From Candidatus Iainarchaeum sp. (GTDB taxonomy: Archaea; Iainarchaeota; Iainarchaeia; Iainarchaeales; UBA10191): a stretch of DNA of 32,769 bases. Made by a program: the position numbers and the translations under genes. This document shows positions 10,439-18,701 of this stretch, one piece after another. The stretch covers positions 1-32,769 of the forward strand of contig JAUSFL010000021.1 of the NCBI GenBank assembly GCA_030649735.1, given 5' to 3'. Position 1 is the first letter of the stretch, and each line of letters opens with the position of its first letter. The notes below the pieces were generated by a model. It did no database searches, had not been told where the DNA came from, and was given only the letters and a program-made list of their open reading frames with translations.

Positions 10439-11440
10439 TCACTCGCAGAATTCCTGAATGCTCTTTTGCCCCTTGCCGCACAATGGCGCGGCATTGATTC
10501 CAAGCTTCCTGTTCAAGTGCCTTGCGAACTCTTGCGAAAACCCGTGCATTGTAATCACTTTTTTCGCGCCTGACTCTTCCACGTAATGCATTAACTGCCG
10601 GAAGTCAGCGTGATCGCTTAATGGAAAAGTCTTGTTGAATTTTTTTCCATAAAAGCCCCAGCCAGTTGCAATTCCAGAAACCACTTTTTTTCCAAGCGAA
10701 ATCTGCAGCGCGTTAACCAAGTCCTTGCTTACAAGGCTTGGCGGGATTATTGCGACATTAAAGTCCTTCAAGTTTCCGTTCAATTTTTCAAAATCCCCGA
10801 TTTTGCACCCGTTGCTTTCGTAAATTTTGTTGAATTCAAAGACTTTCTCATGCACTGCAGGAACTTCATTCGAGAACTCGTTCACTATTTTTGAAAGCTC
10901 TTGCGCCTTTCCCAAAGCATAGCCTGAAAGCAGTGAAAACTTTCCAGAACGCGAGTTTTCTTCAACCCATTTTCCAATGTCTTCGTAAACCTCCTGCCTT
11001 TCAGGAAATTGAAAGCTTGGCTTTCCAAAAGTGGATTCAATAATCAAGACATCCGCCTTTTGCACTTCAGCCCTTGGAAGCAATAAAGAATCCTGCAATT
11101 GAAAGTCAGAAGTTACAACAACGCGCTTTTCGCCTTCCAAAACCACTTGCGAGCTTCCTAAAATATGCCCTGAATTCTCCAAGGAAATGTCAAAGCTTTC
11201 AAAAGAATGCTTTTCTGAAAAGCATTTTCCAATCAAGCAGTCCTCATTAAGCCGCCCATTAATCAACGCCTTGGTCTCCGGAGTCGCCAAAACCTTGCCA
11301 GAATACTCTTTTTTTGAAAAAAGGTGGTCTGAATGCGCGTGAGTAATGACTGCAAAATCAGCCTTTGGCGTCCTTGAAGAATCAATAACTATGGAACAGC
11401 CATTTGCAATAACCAGGCCGTTGTCGTCAAAAAATCGCAT
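10439..11440 (-). CDS. Metallo-beta-lactamase/beta-CASP nuclease, short form, with C-terminal PIP-box-like motif
   Basis: Motifs THAHSDH, SGHILGS, TSDF, IESTFG, GYALGKAQE, FPLSDHAD, TMHGF; C-terminus QKSIQEFCE. Confidence 0.85.
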   Translation of the reverse strand: MRFFDDNGLVIANGCSIVIDSSRTPKADFAVITHAHSDHLFSKKEYSGKVLATPETKALINGRLNEDCLIGKCFSEKHSFESFDISLENSGHILGSSQVVLEGEKRVVVTSDFQLQDSLLLPRAEVQKADVLIIESTFGKPSFQFPERQEVYEDIGKWVEENSRSGKFSLLSGYALGKAQELSKIVNEFSNEVPAVHEKVFEFNKIYESNGCKIGDFEKLNGNLKDFNVAIIPPSLVSKDLVNALQISLGKKVVSGIATGWGFYGKKFNKTFPLSDHADFRQLMHYVEESGAKKVITMHGFSQEFARHLNRKLGINAAPLCGKGQKSIQEFCE

Positions 11441-11507
11441 GCTTTTCAGAAGGGAAACGAAAAATATAAATTGGGTGGTTGCCTAAAATGCAGTAAAGAG
11501 TGAAATA

Positions 11508-12620
11508 ATGGCAGTTTTTGAAAGCTTGAATTCAATCTCCTCAAAAATCGAGGACTTTCACAATTCAATGAAGGAAAAAGAGTCATTAAAGCAGTCAAGG
11601 CAGTTCTTGGTCAAGGAACTTGAAGAATTCATTGGAAGAGCCGAAGAAATCCAAAAAATGCTTGCAGTAATTGACGCTAGCGCAAAAGCCGAAGGAAAAG
11701 ACATTAGTGTTGAAAAGCAAGAATTGGAATTCGAAAACCTTTCAGTGTTTTTGAAAAGAAACATGCAGTTCGAGAAAGAAAAGCTCTCGCGCACCAGCGC
11801 TTTTGACCAAATTACCGAAAATTCTGAAATTCCTGAAATTTACAACGCGATAGAGGAAAAAGCGAAAAAAGCGCTTTTGGGGCTGAACTACTTTGTTGAA
11901 AAAAACACTGTGGCATTGCAGACTGAAAAACTCCAGTTTTCCGGAAGCAAGCAAGGCCAGAACGTGCTTGCGCTCTTGAAAACCAAGGACTTGGAGCTTG
12001 AAGAATTGAAAAAAAAATACGGTTCTTTAATGGCCAAGGGCCTTTTGGCAAGGCTTGAGGAAGAAACAAGCGCTGACTTTGAGGAAACATTAAACCAGAC
12101 TGCGCGCAATCTGGAAGTTTCAAGCAGTGAAGTGCAAAAAATTTCCATTGAAAACCGCGGGATTGTCGAAAAAATACAAAAGAACCAGTCAGTGCTAGAG
12201 CAGAAAATCCGCGAGAATGACGAATTGCTTTCAAAATTCATGAGCAAAGGCCTTGAAACAATAACTGTCTTGAAGAAAGAGCGCGACGCAGCAAAAAAAT
12301 TCGCTTTAGACCTGGAGCATGAAACAACGACTTTAAGGCAAACTTACTCCAAAGAGCTTTTGGGGCTGCAAGAGCACAAAATGCAATTGCAAAAGCAATT
12401 GCAGGACGAGTTCGTGAAAAAAAACAAAGGCATTGAATTGGAGTTAAGGCAAAAGAGCGAGTACTTGGAGCATTTCAAAAAGCTCGTTGACGAGAAAGAG
12501 TCAGAGCTTCGCTCTTTGAAGGAAAAATTCGAGCACCACAAGGCAATACTGCAGCATTACACAGTCCATGACAAAATAAAAAAAAGGCAAGCTGGGCATT
12601 CAAGAAAAACAGGCAAGTAA
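11508..12620 (+). CDS. Long coiled-coil protein, function unknown
   Basis: 370 aa, E/K/L/Q-rich with heptad-like pattern and almost no Pro; no TM helix or catalytic motif seen. Confidence 0.75.
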   Translation: MAVFESLNSISSKIEDFHNSMKEKESLKQSRQFLVKELEEFIGRAEEIQKMLAVIDASAKAEGKDISVEKQELEFENLSVFLKRNMQFEKEKLSRTSAFDQITENSEIPEIYNAIEEKAKKALLGLNYFVEKNTVALQTEKLQFSGSKQGQNVLALLKTKDLELEELKKKYGSLMAKGLLARLEEETSADFEETLNQTARNLEVSSSEVQKISIENRGIVEKIQKNQSVLEQKIRENDELLSKFMSKGLETITVLKKERDAAKKFALDLEHETTTLRQTYSKELLGLQEHKMQLQKQLQDEFVKKNKGIELELRQKSEYLEHFKKLVDEKESELRSLKEKFEHHKAILQHYTVHDKIKKRQAGHSRKTGK

Positions 12621-12656
12621 AATTAGCCCGGCTGTTTTTGCAAAAATTATGAGAAA

Positions 12657-13172
12657 CTATTTTCTTGACTTTTTTCTGACCGGCTCTTCTTCCTCTTCAC
12701 CGCTGTCTTCTTCAGAATCGTCTTCGTCAGAGCCTTCGTCGCCTTCGGATTCTTCAGGGCTTGGCCTGAATGCCTCTTGGTCAAAAAGCATTCCAGAAAT
12801 GACTGCCTTCCATTTTTCAACAAACGCGGCCTTGACTGCCTCAATGTCTTCTTCAGTCAACGCGTCCTCCAATCCTAAAGGCTCAACCGCCTTCAAGACC
12901 CTGCATCCCTTGTGTTCAAGCTCAAAGTCCACAAGCTTTTCAAGCAAGAGCTTAATCCTGAAGTCTTTTTCAAAGTCTTCCTCATTGTACAAGTGCATTG
13001 CAAAAATCAAGTCGAATTTTTCAACCTCAAGGCATTTTGCAGGAATGTCAAGCATTGAAGGCACAAAGAATTCCTTGACTTCCAAGTCTTTCATCTCGTC
13101 CTCCAAAGCCGCAGTCAAGTCAGGAAACAAATCCAATTCCTGCTCCGAGTCGGCAATCAAAGCGATTTTCAT
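12657..13172 (-). CDS. Divergent lumazine synthase/archaeal riboflavin synthase-fold protein with acidic tail
   Basis: MKIALIAD...VPSMLDIPAKC...FDLIFAM resembles archaeal RibC (KVGIVD...VPGIKDLPVAC...CDIVMAL); D/E-rich tail ending in RKKSRK. Confidence 0.5.
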   Translation of the reverse strand: MKIALIADSEQELDLFPDLTAALEDEMKDLEVKEFFVPSMLDIPAKCLEVEKFDLIFAMHLYNEEDFEKDFRIKLLLEKLVDFELEHKGCRVLKAVEPLGLEDALTEEDIEAVKAAFVEKWKAVISGMLFDQEAFRPSPEESEGDEGSDEDDSEEDSGEEEEEPVRKKSRK

Positions 13173-13275
13173 AAATTATGAACGCTTCCTCAGAATAAAA
13201 ACATAATGCAGGCATTTCCACTAACATTTTTAAATAACAAAAACCTTCACTAATTAAAAAACGCAAAAGTGACTA

Positions 13276-14778
13276 TTGATGGGTGATTCAGACTTCAACA
13301 AGCCAGTTTACTCTGGAGAAATGTTCGAGGAAAAAAAGCCCTCTCCATTAGAGGCAGTCAAGCCTTATTTTGGAAAAATAATTCTTGCAATAATATTGAT
13401 TGCAATAGCTTACGGCGCTTACTGGTTTTTTGTCGGAAGCTACCAGAACGTGCAAGTCAATATTTCCGGAATGGACAAGCTTGCGGTTTCAGGAATTTCC
13501 GGAAGCATTAGCCAAAACGGGAAGGAAATTCAAAAAATAACAAAAGCCAGCCAGTCATTAAGCCTTAAGGAAGGAACCTACGACATTGAAGTATTTGCAG
13601 ACGGTTTCAAGCAATACTCTGACACTATAATAGTAGATTCAAAAAAACAGCCAGTCAAAATACAGCTTGAGAAAGACATTGACGTCAAAATAGACAGGAT
13701 TGAATTGAAACTCAATGACTCCCAAGGCAAAATTTTTGCAGGAAAAGACAATCTTGCAACAATCTACCTTTCCAACTCGGGAAGCAGCGACATTGATGTT
13801 GAAATAGCGAAAGACTCTCCAGAAGACGCAAAACTCACTGTAATTCCAGACAATGCGCTAATAAGAGTGCCTAAAGGCTCGCAGAATGTTTCTGCCGGAT
13901 TGAAAATAGTTGTTTCAACAGGGTATAAAGTAACTGACAGGACTAATGGCGACTCGATTGAATTAAAGCTCAGGGTTAAAGGCGTGCAGAGCAATCCAGC
14001 AGTCAGGCCACTGTCCATTGTTCCAAAAATGACCATTATAGTAAGCCCCACTACATTAAAGTTTGGCACAGTCAAAGCCAATGGAAGCCCCTCCTCGCCA
14101 GCAAAGGAAATTTCAATCCAAAACCGCGAATCATTCGACCTTCAAGGAAAAATAGAATTTAGCGTAACAATCGAGAATGCCGGCGAAAATCCAAAAAGCG
14201 AAGTTCAAAAATGGTTTGATTTCTATCCGGAGATTACTGAATTGAAGAAAAGCAGCACTGCAAAAGAAAATGTCACAATAACAATTCCGCCGTCAACAGT
14301 GAACTTTCCGACAGGAAGCAAGACTCTTCCAGTGCTTGGAACAATAACACTGGCAAGCGAGTCCTGGAATGAAACAATAAAATTTGACATGATAGTCTCA
14401 CAAATCAACACTTCCATTAAAGTCCCGACAATAAGCCAGTCATCATTCAGCATGGCTGGAGACGACATTAAGACAACATTGCTCACCATTGAAAACAATT
14501 CTGAAGTTCCATTGACTAAAGTAAAAGTCAATGTGCCAGGGTCCTGCCTGAACACTTACTTAACCAGCGAAGACATTCTTGAAATTGATGAACTCTCAAA
14601 CATTGCCCCGCAAAGCAAGAAAATAATAACATTCAAAGTCCATATTCCAGCAGACGCCGCAATAGGCGATCCAAAAAACTGCGTCATTACAGTGAGCTAT
14701 GATGATCCATTGAATCCCGGGGGAGACCAAATACTAATAGACAATATAACGCCGATAAAAATCACAAGGACAAGCTGA
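13276..14778 (+). CDS. Membrane-anchored extracellular protein with PEGA-like and Ig-like domains
   Basis: Single TM (IILAIILIAIAYGAYWFFV); LKEGTYDIEVFADGFKQY (PEGA-like); VSPTTLKFG and other beta-strand-rich repeats. Confidence 0.75.
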   Translation: MMGDSDFNKPVYSGEMFEEKKPSPLEAVKPYFGKIILAIILIAIAYGAYWFFVGSYQNVQVNISGMDKLAVSGISGSISQNGKEIQKITKASQSLSLKEGTYDIEVFADGFKQYSDTIIVDSKKQPVKIQLEKDIDVKIDRIELKLNDSQGKIFAGKDNLATIYLSNSGSSDIDVEIAKDSPEDAKLTVIPDNALIRVPKGSQNVSAGLKIVVSTGYKVTDRTNGDSIELKLRVKGVQSNPAVRPLSIVPKMTIIVSPTTLKFGTVKANGSPSSPAKEISIQNRESFDLQGKIEFSVTIENAGENPKSEVQKWFDFYPEITELKKSSTAKENVTITIPPSTVNFPTGSKTLPVLGTITLASESWNETIKFDMIVSQINTSIKVPTISQSSFSMAGDDIKTTLLTIENNSEVPLTKVKVNVPGSCLNTYLTSEDILEIDELSNIAPQSKKIITFKVHIPADAAIGDPKNCVITVSYDDPLNPGGDQILIDNITPIKITRTS

Positions 14779-14784
14779 ATTTAT

Positions 14785-14834
14785 GCGCTGCTGAAAGCAG
14801 CGCGACGTTCTTTGGCGCTGCCCATGAAAGGGCA
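14785..14834 (+). other. Two GC-rich hairpins with GAAA-containing loops between converging genes
   Basis: GCGCTGC-TGAAA-GCAGCGC (14785-14803) and TGCCC-ATGAAA-GGGCA (14819-14834). Confidence 0.45.
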
Positions 14835-14837
14835 TAG

Positions 14838-14912
14838 CGGGCCCGGAGGGATTTGAACCCTCAACCTCTTCCTTAGGAGGGAAGTGCCATATCCAGGTTA
14901 GGCTACGGACCC
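14838..14912 (-). tRNA. tRNA-Arg (anticodon CCT)
   Basis: Reverse complement GGGTCCG TAGCCTAACCTGGATATGGCA CTTCC CTCCTAA GGAAG AGGTT GAGGG TTCAAAT CCCTC CGGGCCC G folds as a cloverleaf; no intron, no CCA. Confidence 0.95.
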
Positions 14913-14937
14913 TTGTTACAATCAATTAAGGATAATA

Positions 14938-15498
14938 CTACAAAATAATTAAAACCAATCCTGCAGCCAATGGAACAGTGAAATTGTCGTCAAAAGGCAG
15001 GTATTCTGCAAGCATTCCGGCCAAGGCAGCCAAAAACGCAAGCACTGGGTGAAACAAGAAAGCCAGCGGAATTGAAGCGGCAATGATTCCCGCAATTGTT
15101 CCCTCTAAAGTCCGCTTGCCGAAAATTTTGGTTTTGCCGAATTTTTTTCCAACAATTGCGGAAAAAGAATCGCCAAAAACCAGGACAATCAACGCGCCAA
15201 GCACAATAGCCCTTCCTTGAAGCACAAAAACAATGATTGTGACAATTACTGCCAGTACAAAAACCAATGCAGCCTTTCCAGGCATGCTTTGCTCGCTTTC
15301 CCGCTCAACATGCTTTACTGCCTTGTGCAATAAAGGGATTGAAATTCCTTCAGAAATCAAAAGCGACAAAATAACTCCAAAAACCAACAGTGCAATTGCA
15401 GTCATTAAAGAAGCTGCAATTCCAAAAAGCAAAATTTCTGCAATGAAAAAGATTCCAAAAGCCAAATGCATTAATTGCCTTGAAAATTCCTTGTTCAA
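14938..15498 (-). CDS. Polyprenol/dolichol/phytol kinase family membrane protein (SEC59/DGK1/VTE5)
   Basis: Multi-TM; RQLMH, FGDSFSAIVGKKFGK, KRTLEGT, DDNFTVP motifs; TTG start. Confidence 0.85.
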   Translation of the reverse strand: MNKEFSRQLMHLAFGIFFIAEILLFGIAASLMTAIALLVFGVILSLLISEGISIPLLHKAVKHVERESEQSMPGKAALVFVLAVIVTIIVFVLQGRAIVLGALIVLVFGDSFSAIVGKKFGKTKIFGKRTLEGTIAGIIAASIPLAFLFHPVLAFLAALAGMLAEYLPFDDNFTVPLAAGLVLIIL

Positions 15499-15499
15499 T

Positions 15500-16168
15500 T
15501 CAAGCGCCCTTCTTTTTCCTGCACAAAATCAACGCGTGGTCTGTTTCAAAAGGCTCCAGGCGCACTGTCTGCAAAATTTCAAAGTTTTTCTTAAGCTTGC
15601 TTGCTTCACTAGCGAAAATAATTGAAGCCTGCTCTGAAGCGCTAATGCTCCTTGCTTTCACTGAAAGCAATCCAAAACCTTGCTCTTTTAGGAATTGCGC
15701 GTTTTTCAGGAAAATTTCCGCCTGGTTTTTCTGGCTCACGTCCTGGAACAGCACGTCAAAACTCAATTGCCTGATTTCTTCAGGATAATTTTCAACTTGC
15801 AAAGCGTCAGCAAGCAATGGAACAATATTGGCGCGTTTTTCGCACAATTGCACAAACCTTCTCATTGAAACAGCGCTCAAGTCAACGCCGACCAAAAGCC
15901 CTTCGTTTTCAATGATGTCTGAAATGTGCGAGACAGTAGTCCCTTCGGCAGCGCCCAAATACAATACTTTCGAGCCCTTCTTTATTGGAAGTTCTTTCAA
16001 GCCATTCTTAAGGCCTGCTCCGAGCTTTGAGCGAAAAGCGTCCCACCGCCTGAATTCAATCCTGCTTTCAAAAACCAGCTTTTCGCCGTAAACTTTTTCT
16101 CCAGGCAGCAAGTTTTTCGTGTAAATGAATTGCCCGTCAGAGAAAACATTCTCGAAAATTTCCCGCAT
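15500..16168 (-). CDS. flpA: Fibrillarin-like rRNA/tRNA 2'-O-methyltransferase
   Basis: KVYGE, WDAFRSKL, VLYLGAAEGTTVSHISDI, NIVPLLADA, FQDVSQ, VKARSI, LEPFETDH. Confidence 0.97.
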   Translation of the reverse strand: MREIFENVFSDGQFIYTKNLLPGEKVYGEKLVFESRIEFRRWDAFRSKLGAGLKNGLKELPIKKGSKVLYLGAAEGTTVSHISDIIENEGLLVGVDLSAVSMRRFVQLCEKRANIVPLLADALQVENYPEEIRQLSFDVLFQDVSQKNQAEIFLKNAQFLKEQGFGLLSVKARSISASEQASIIFASEASKLKKNFEILQTVRLEPFETDHALILCRKKKGA

Positions 16169-16174
16169 GAAAAA

Positions 16175-16711
16175 TCACTTCTTTCTCTTCCACTCGCTTG
16201 CAAGTATTGAATAAATTTTTTCATCAAAAAACTTGCCGTACTTGCATATACTCTTTCTGGAGATTCCCTCAAATTTTCCCCCAATTTTCTGGATTAATTT
16301 TTCCGAAACTTTGTTTTTTGTGAAAATCTTGTATTCAATCCTATTTAGTTTCAAGCAATTGAACCCAAAATCCAAAATTGCCACGCACAATTCTCTTCCA
16401 AATCCCTCGCGCTGTACTGCCTCTGTAACCCATATTCCAATAGCAGCTCTCCGGAACCTTTCTGAAAAATCATGAAGGTTCACTTGACCCACAAACTCGC
16501 TGTTTTTGGAGAAAGCGAGGAAAGCAAATCCACTTTTCCCGAAAGACTTCATGCTCCTTTCAACAGTTTTTCTGCATTTTTTTAAATCAGTGTAATCAAA
16601 AGGCAAAAAACGGGTTATCTTCGCATTAGTATTTTCAAAAAGAATTTTTTCATCCCCTTTTCTCAAAGGCCTCAAAACAAGCCGTTCAGTCTTCAAAACA
16701 ACTTTTTTCAT
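16175..16711 (-). CDS. GNAT N-acetyltransferase, RimJ/RimL family (copy 2)
   Basis: LKTERLVLRPL, AAIGIWV..QREGFG, GFNCLKLNRI, NKVS..L..KIGGKFEG; likely ATG at 16711 overlapping the upstream TGA (ATGA). Confidence 0.9.
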   Translation of the reverse strand: MKKVVLKTERLVLRPLRKGDEKILFENTNAKITRFLPFDYTDLKKCRKTVERSMKSFGKSGFAFLAFSKNSEFVGQVNLHDFSERFRRAAIGIWVTEAVQREGFGRELCVAILDFGFNCLKLNRIEYKIFTKNKVSEKLIQKIGGKFEGISRKSICKYGKFFDEKIYSILASEWKRKK

Positions 16712-17274
16712 TTTGCTTTCCTCTTTTTCTTTCCAACCCATTCGTTGCGAAGTATTGAATATATTTTGTCGCTGATTTTTTTTCCATTCTTGACAAAGTA
16801 GTCTCTTCTGGTTCCTTCAAGCTTTCCGCCAAGCTTTCTTATCAGGCTTTCAGAAGGCGTGTTTCCCACAAAAGTGCAGTATTCAATCCTGTTGAGTTTT
16901 AATTTCTTGAAGCCAAAATCAATGATTGCGCGCGCAATTTCTTTCCCAAAGCCCTTGCGCCATTTTCCTTCCTGAACCCACAATCCAACTTCAGCGCGCT
17001 TGTACTGGTCATGATAGCAGTGCAAGTCTATAAGCCCGACAAAGTCTTTGGTTTTTTTCTCGAACGCAATGAAATAGAATCCTTTCCTTCCAAAGCGCTT
17101 CTCGCGCTCTGCGACATATTTGGCTTCTTTTTCCAAAGTCACTGGAGTGTCATAAGTCAAAAACTTTGCAATTTTAGGATTGTTTGCAAAAGGAAATATT
17201 GTTTCTTCGTCGCCTTTTTGCAAAGGCCTTAAATTCAACCGCTTGGTTTTCAGGATTATTTTGGATTTTTCCAA
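16708..17274 (-). CDS. GNAT N-acetyltransferase, RimJ/RimL family (copy 1)
   Basis: LKTKRLNLRPL, AEVGLWV..WRKGFG, GFKKLKLNRI, NTPS..L..KLGGKLEG; TTG start. Confidence 0.9.
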   Translation of the reverse strand: MEKSKIILKTKRLNLRPLQKGDEETIFPFANNPKIAKFLTYDTPVTLEKEAKYVAEREKRFGRKGFYFIAFEKKTKDFVGLIDLHCYHDQYKRAEVGLWVQEGKWRKGFGKEIARAIIDFGFKKLKLNRIEYCTFVGNTPSESLIRKLGGKLEGTRRDYFVKNGKKISDKIYSILRNEWVGKKKRKAK

Positions 17275-17280
17275 GAAAAA

Positions 17281-18636
17281 TCACTTTTTGGTTTTCACAA
17301 ACCTTAATTTTCCCGGCTTTTTGAAGGCATTTTTCCTGAAGTCTTTTGACTGCTTTACTTTGCGAAAGTCAACATTTGGCTTGTTGAAGTGCTCCATTTT
17401 AGAAAGGCCTTCCCTTGGCTTGAAAGTTTCCTGCGGCTTGGATTCTTCCCGCGGCTTGAAATCAGTGCGAGGCTTGAATTCAGTTCTTGGATGGAATTCT
17501 CCGCGAGGCTTAAAGTCGCTTCTGGACTTGAAGTCGCCGCGAGGCTTGAAATCTCCTTTTGAATTAAATTCAGTTCTTGGATTTGAATCTCCGCGAGGAT
17601 TGAATTCTCCCCTTGGCTTGAAATCGCCTCTAGGCTGGAATTCTCCCCGGGGCCTGAAATCCCCGCGAGGCCTGAATGGCCTTGCATTGCTGCTGTCGCG
17701 GTCGCGCGGGAGGAATTTGCTGAAAGACTTTCTTTCAAAGCCTTCTCGGGGCAGGAATTTTTTTGGAAGCATTGGGTTTTCGCGAGAATACTTGTCCTTT
17801 AATGCTGGATTTCTCTCTTTCTTTTGTTTTTTCACTAAAAAATCAAACCTTGCCTTTAACTCATCATTCAATCCAGGGCTTGTTTTATCACTGCTTTTGA
17901 AAAAGTCCTTTCTTGCGGCTATGGAAATTTTTCCAGCCAGAGAACGCGCCATTGCGCCTTGCTGCCAAGGCTTCAATTGCTGTATTAAAGAATGCTGGAA
18001 AATCAGGCCGTACTTTGGAGGCAATGCCTTTCCCTTGCTGCGCAAGTGCCTGAACAATGCCTTTTCCGCGCCCAGCAATTGGATTTTGCTTGAAGGCATT
18101 ATTGCAAGCTGCTTTAACGAGCCTGCTTTTGAAATAAGCCTTGCCGCCAAAAGGCCTCCGGCAAGCTCTGAAAAGTTTGGCGCGATTTTTGCAGTGGTTT
18201 CAGAAACAAAAACTTCCAGTTCATTCCTTTGGGCCTTGATTTTTAACGCGTTCACTGCAAGCTCGCTAATTTGCTTCAGGTCTTTTTCTGAAAGCAAGGC
18301 GCCCATTGACTCTCCTGCTGTTTTGGAAATTTCTTTCGCCAACTCATCGTCTTTCAATATTCCAATAATGCTTTCTTCCTCAAAGTTTTCCCTGCTTCCA
18401 AGCTCTGCAATCAATTTCAGCAATACTTCGTTGTCTGTCACGCTTTCCTTTAATTCTGGAAAGTGCGTTGAGTACCATTCAATGCAGTGCTCTGCCATGA
18501 GGTTAAAAATCCTGTCCAAGTCTTCCAGAAGATTCACTGACTTGACTACGTTAATGTCAATGCTTGACAATTCAACGCGGACGCTTTCTTTCGCGCTTTT
18601 TATCAATTGATTTCTCAAAGAATCAAGTTCTGCCAT
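17281..18636 (-). CDS. nop5: C/D box sRNP protein Nop5 (Nop56/58 family) with long repetitive basic C-terminal tail
   Basis: EWYSTHFPEL, IAPNFSELAG..LAARLI..AGSL..LA.MPSSKIQLLGAEKALF, PPKYGLIF, GAMARSLAGKISIAARKD. Confidence 0.95.
   Translation of the reverse strand: MAELDSLRNQLIKSAKESVRVELSSIDINVVKSVNLLEDLDRIFNLMAEHCIEWYSTHFPELKESVTDNEVLLKLIAELGSRENFEEESIIGILKDDELAKEISKTAGESMGALLSEKDLKQISELAVNALKIKAQRNELEVFVSETTAKIAPNFSELAGGLLAARLISKAGSLKQLAIMPSSKIQLLGAEKALFRHLRSKGKALPPKYGLIFQHSLIQQLKPWQQGAMARSLAGKISIAARKDFFKSSDKTSPGLNDELKARFDFLVKKQKKERNPALKDKYSRENPMLPKKFLPREGFERKSFSKFLPRDRDSSNARPFRPRGDFRPRGEFQPRGDFKPRGEFNPRGDSNPRTEFNSKGDFKPRGDFKSRSDFKPRGEFHPRTEFKPRTDFKPREESKPQETFKPREGLSKMEHFNKPNVDFRKVKQSKDFRKNAFKKPGKLRFVKTKK
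17416..17667 (-). repeat. Coding 18-bp tandem repeat, 14 degenerate units of R-G/T-D/E-F-x-P
   Basis: RGDFRP RGEFQP RGDFKP RGEFNP RGDSNP RTEFNS KGDFKP RGDFKS RSDFKP RGEFHP RTEFKP RTDFKP REESKP QETFKP. Confidence 0.9.
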
Positions 18637-18701
18637 TTTTGAAACACTTAATTAAATGGGATAGAAAGTATTTTTAAAGCAAGAAACCAGTTATTTAACA
18701 A

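Larger units (their letters stand above)
16169..17286. repeat. 12-bp direct repeat GAAAAATCACTT bracketing the GNAT pair
   Basis: Copies at 16169-16180 and 17275-17286; 16/18 identity when extended (CATGAAAAATCACTTCTT vs CAAGAAAAATCACTTTTT). Confidence 0.7.

Noticed and set aside
12649-13206. 185-aa Ser-rich + strand ORF
   Set aside because: Poly-Ser is the antisense reading of the Glu/Asp codons in the minus-strand gene.
17416-17667. Periodic DNA repeat as a CRISPR array
   Set aside because: 18-bp in-frame degenerate units with no spacers and no cas genes; it is a coding repeat.
17180-18610. 476-aa + strand ORF antisense to nop5
   Set aside because: Ser/Leu/Phe-rich shadow with no motifs; its repeats simply mirror the Nop5 tail.
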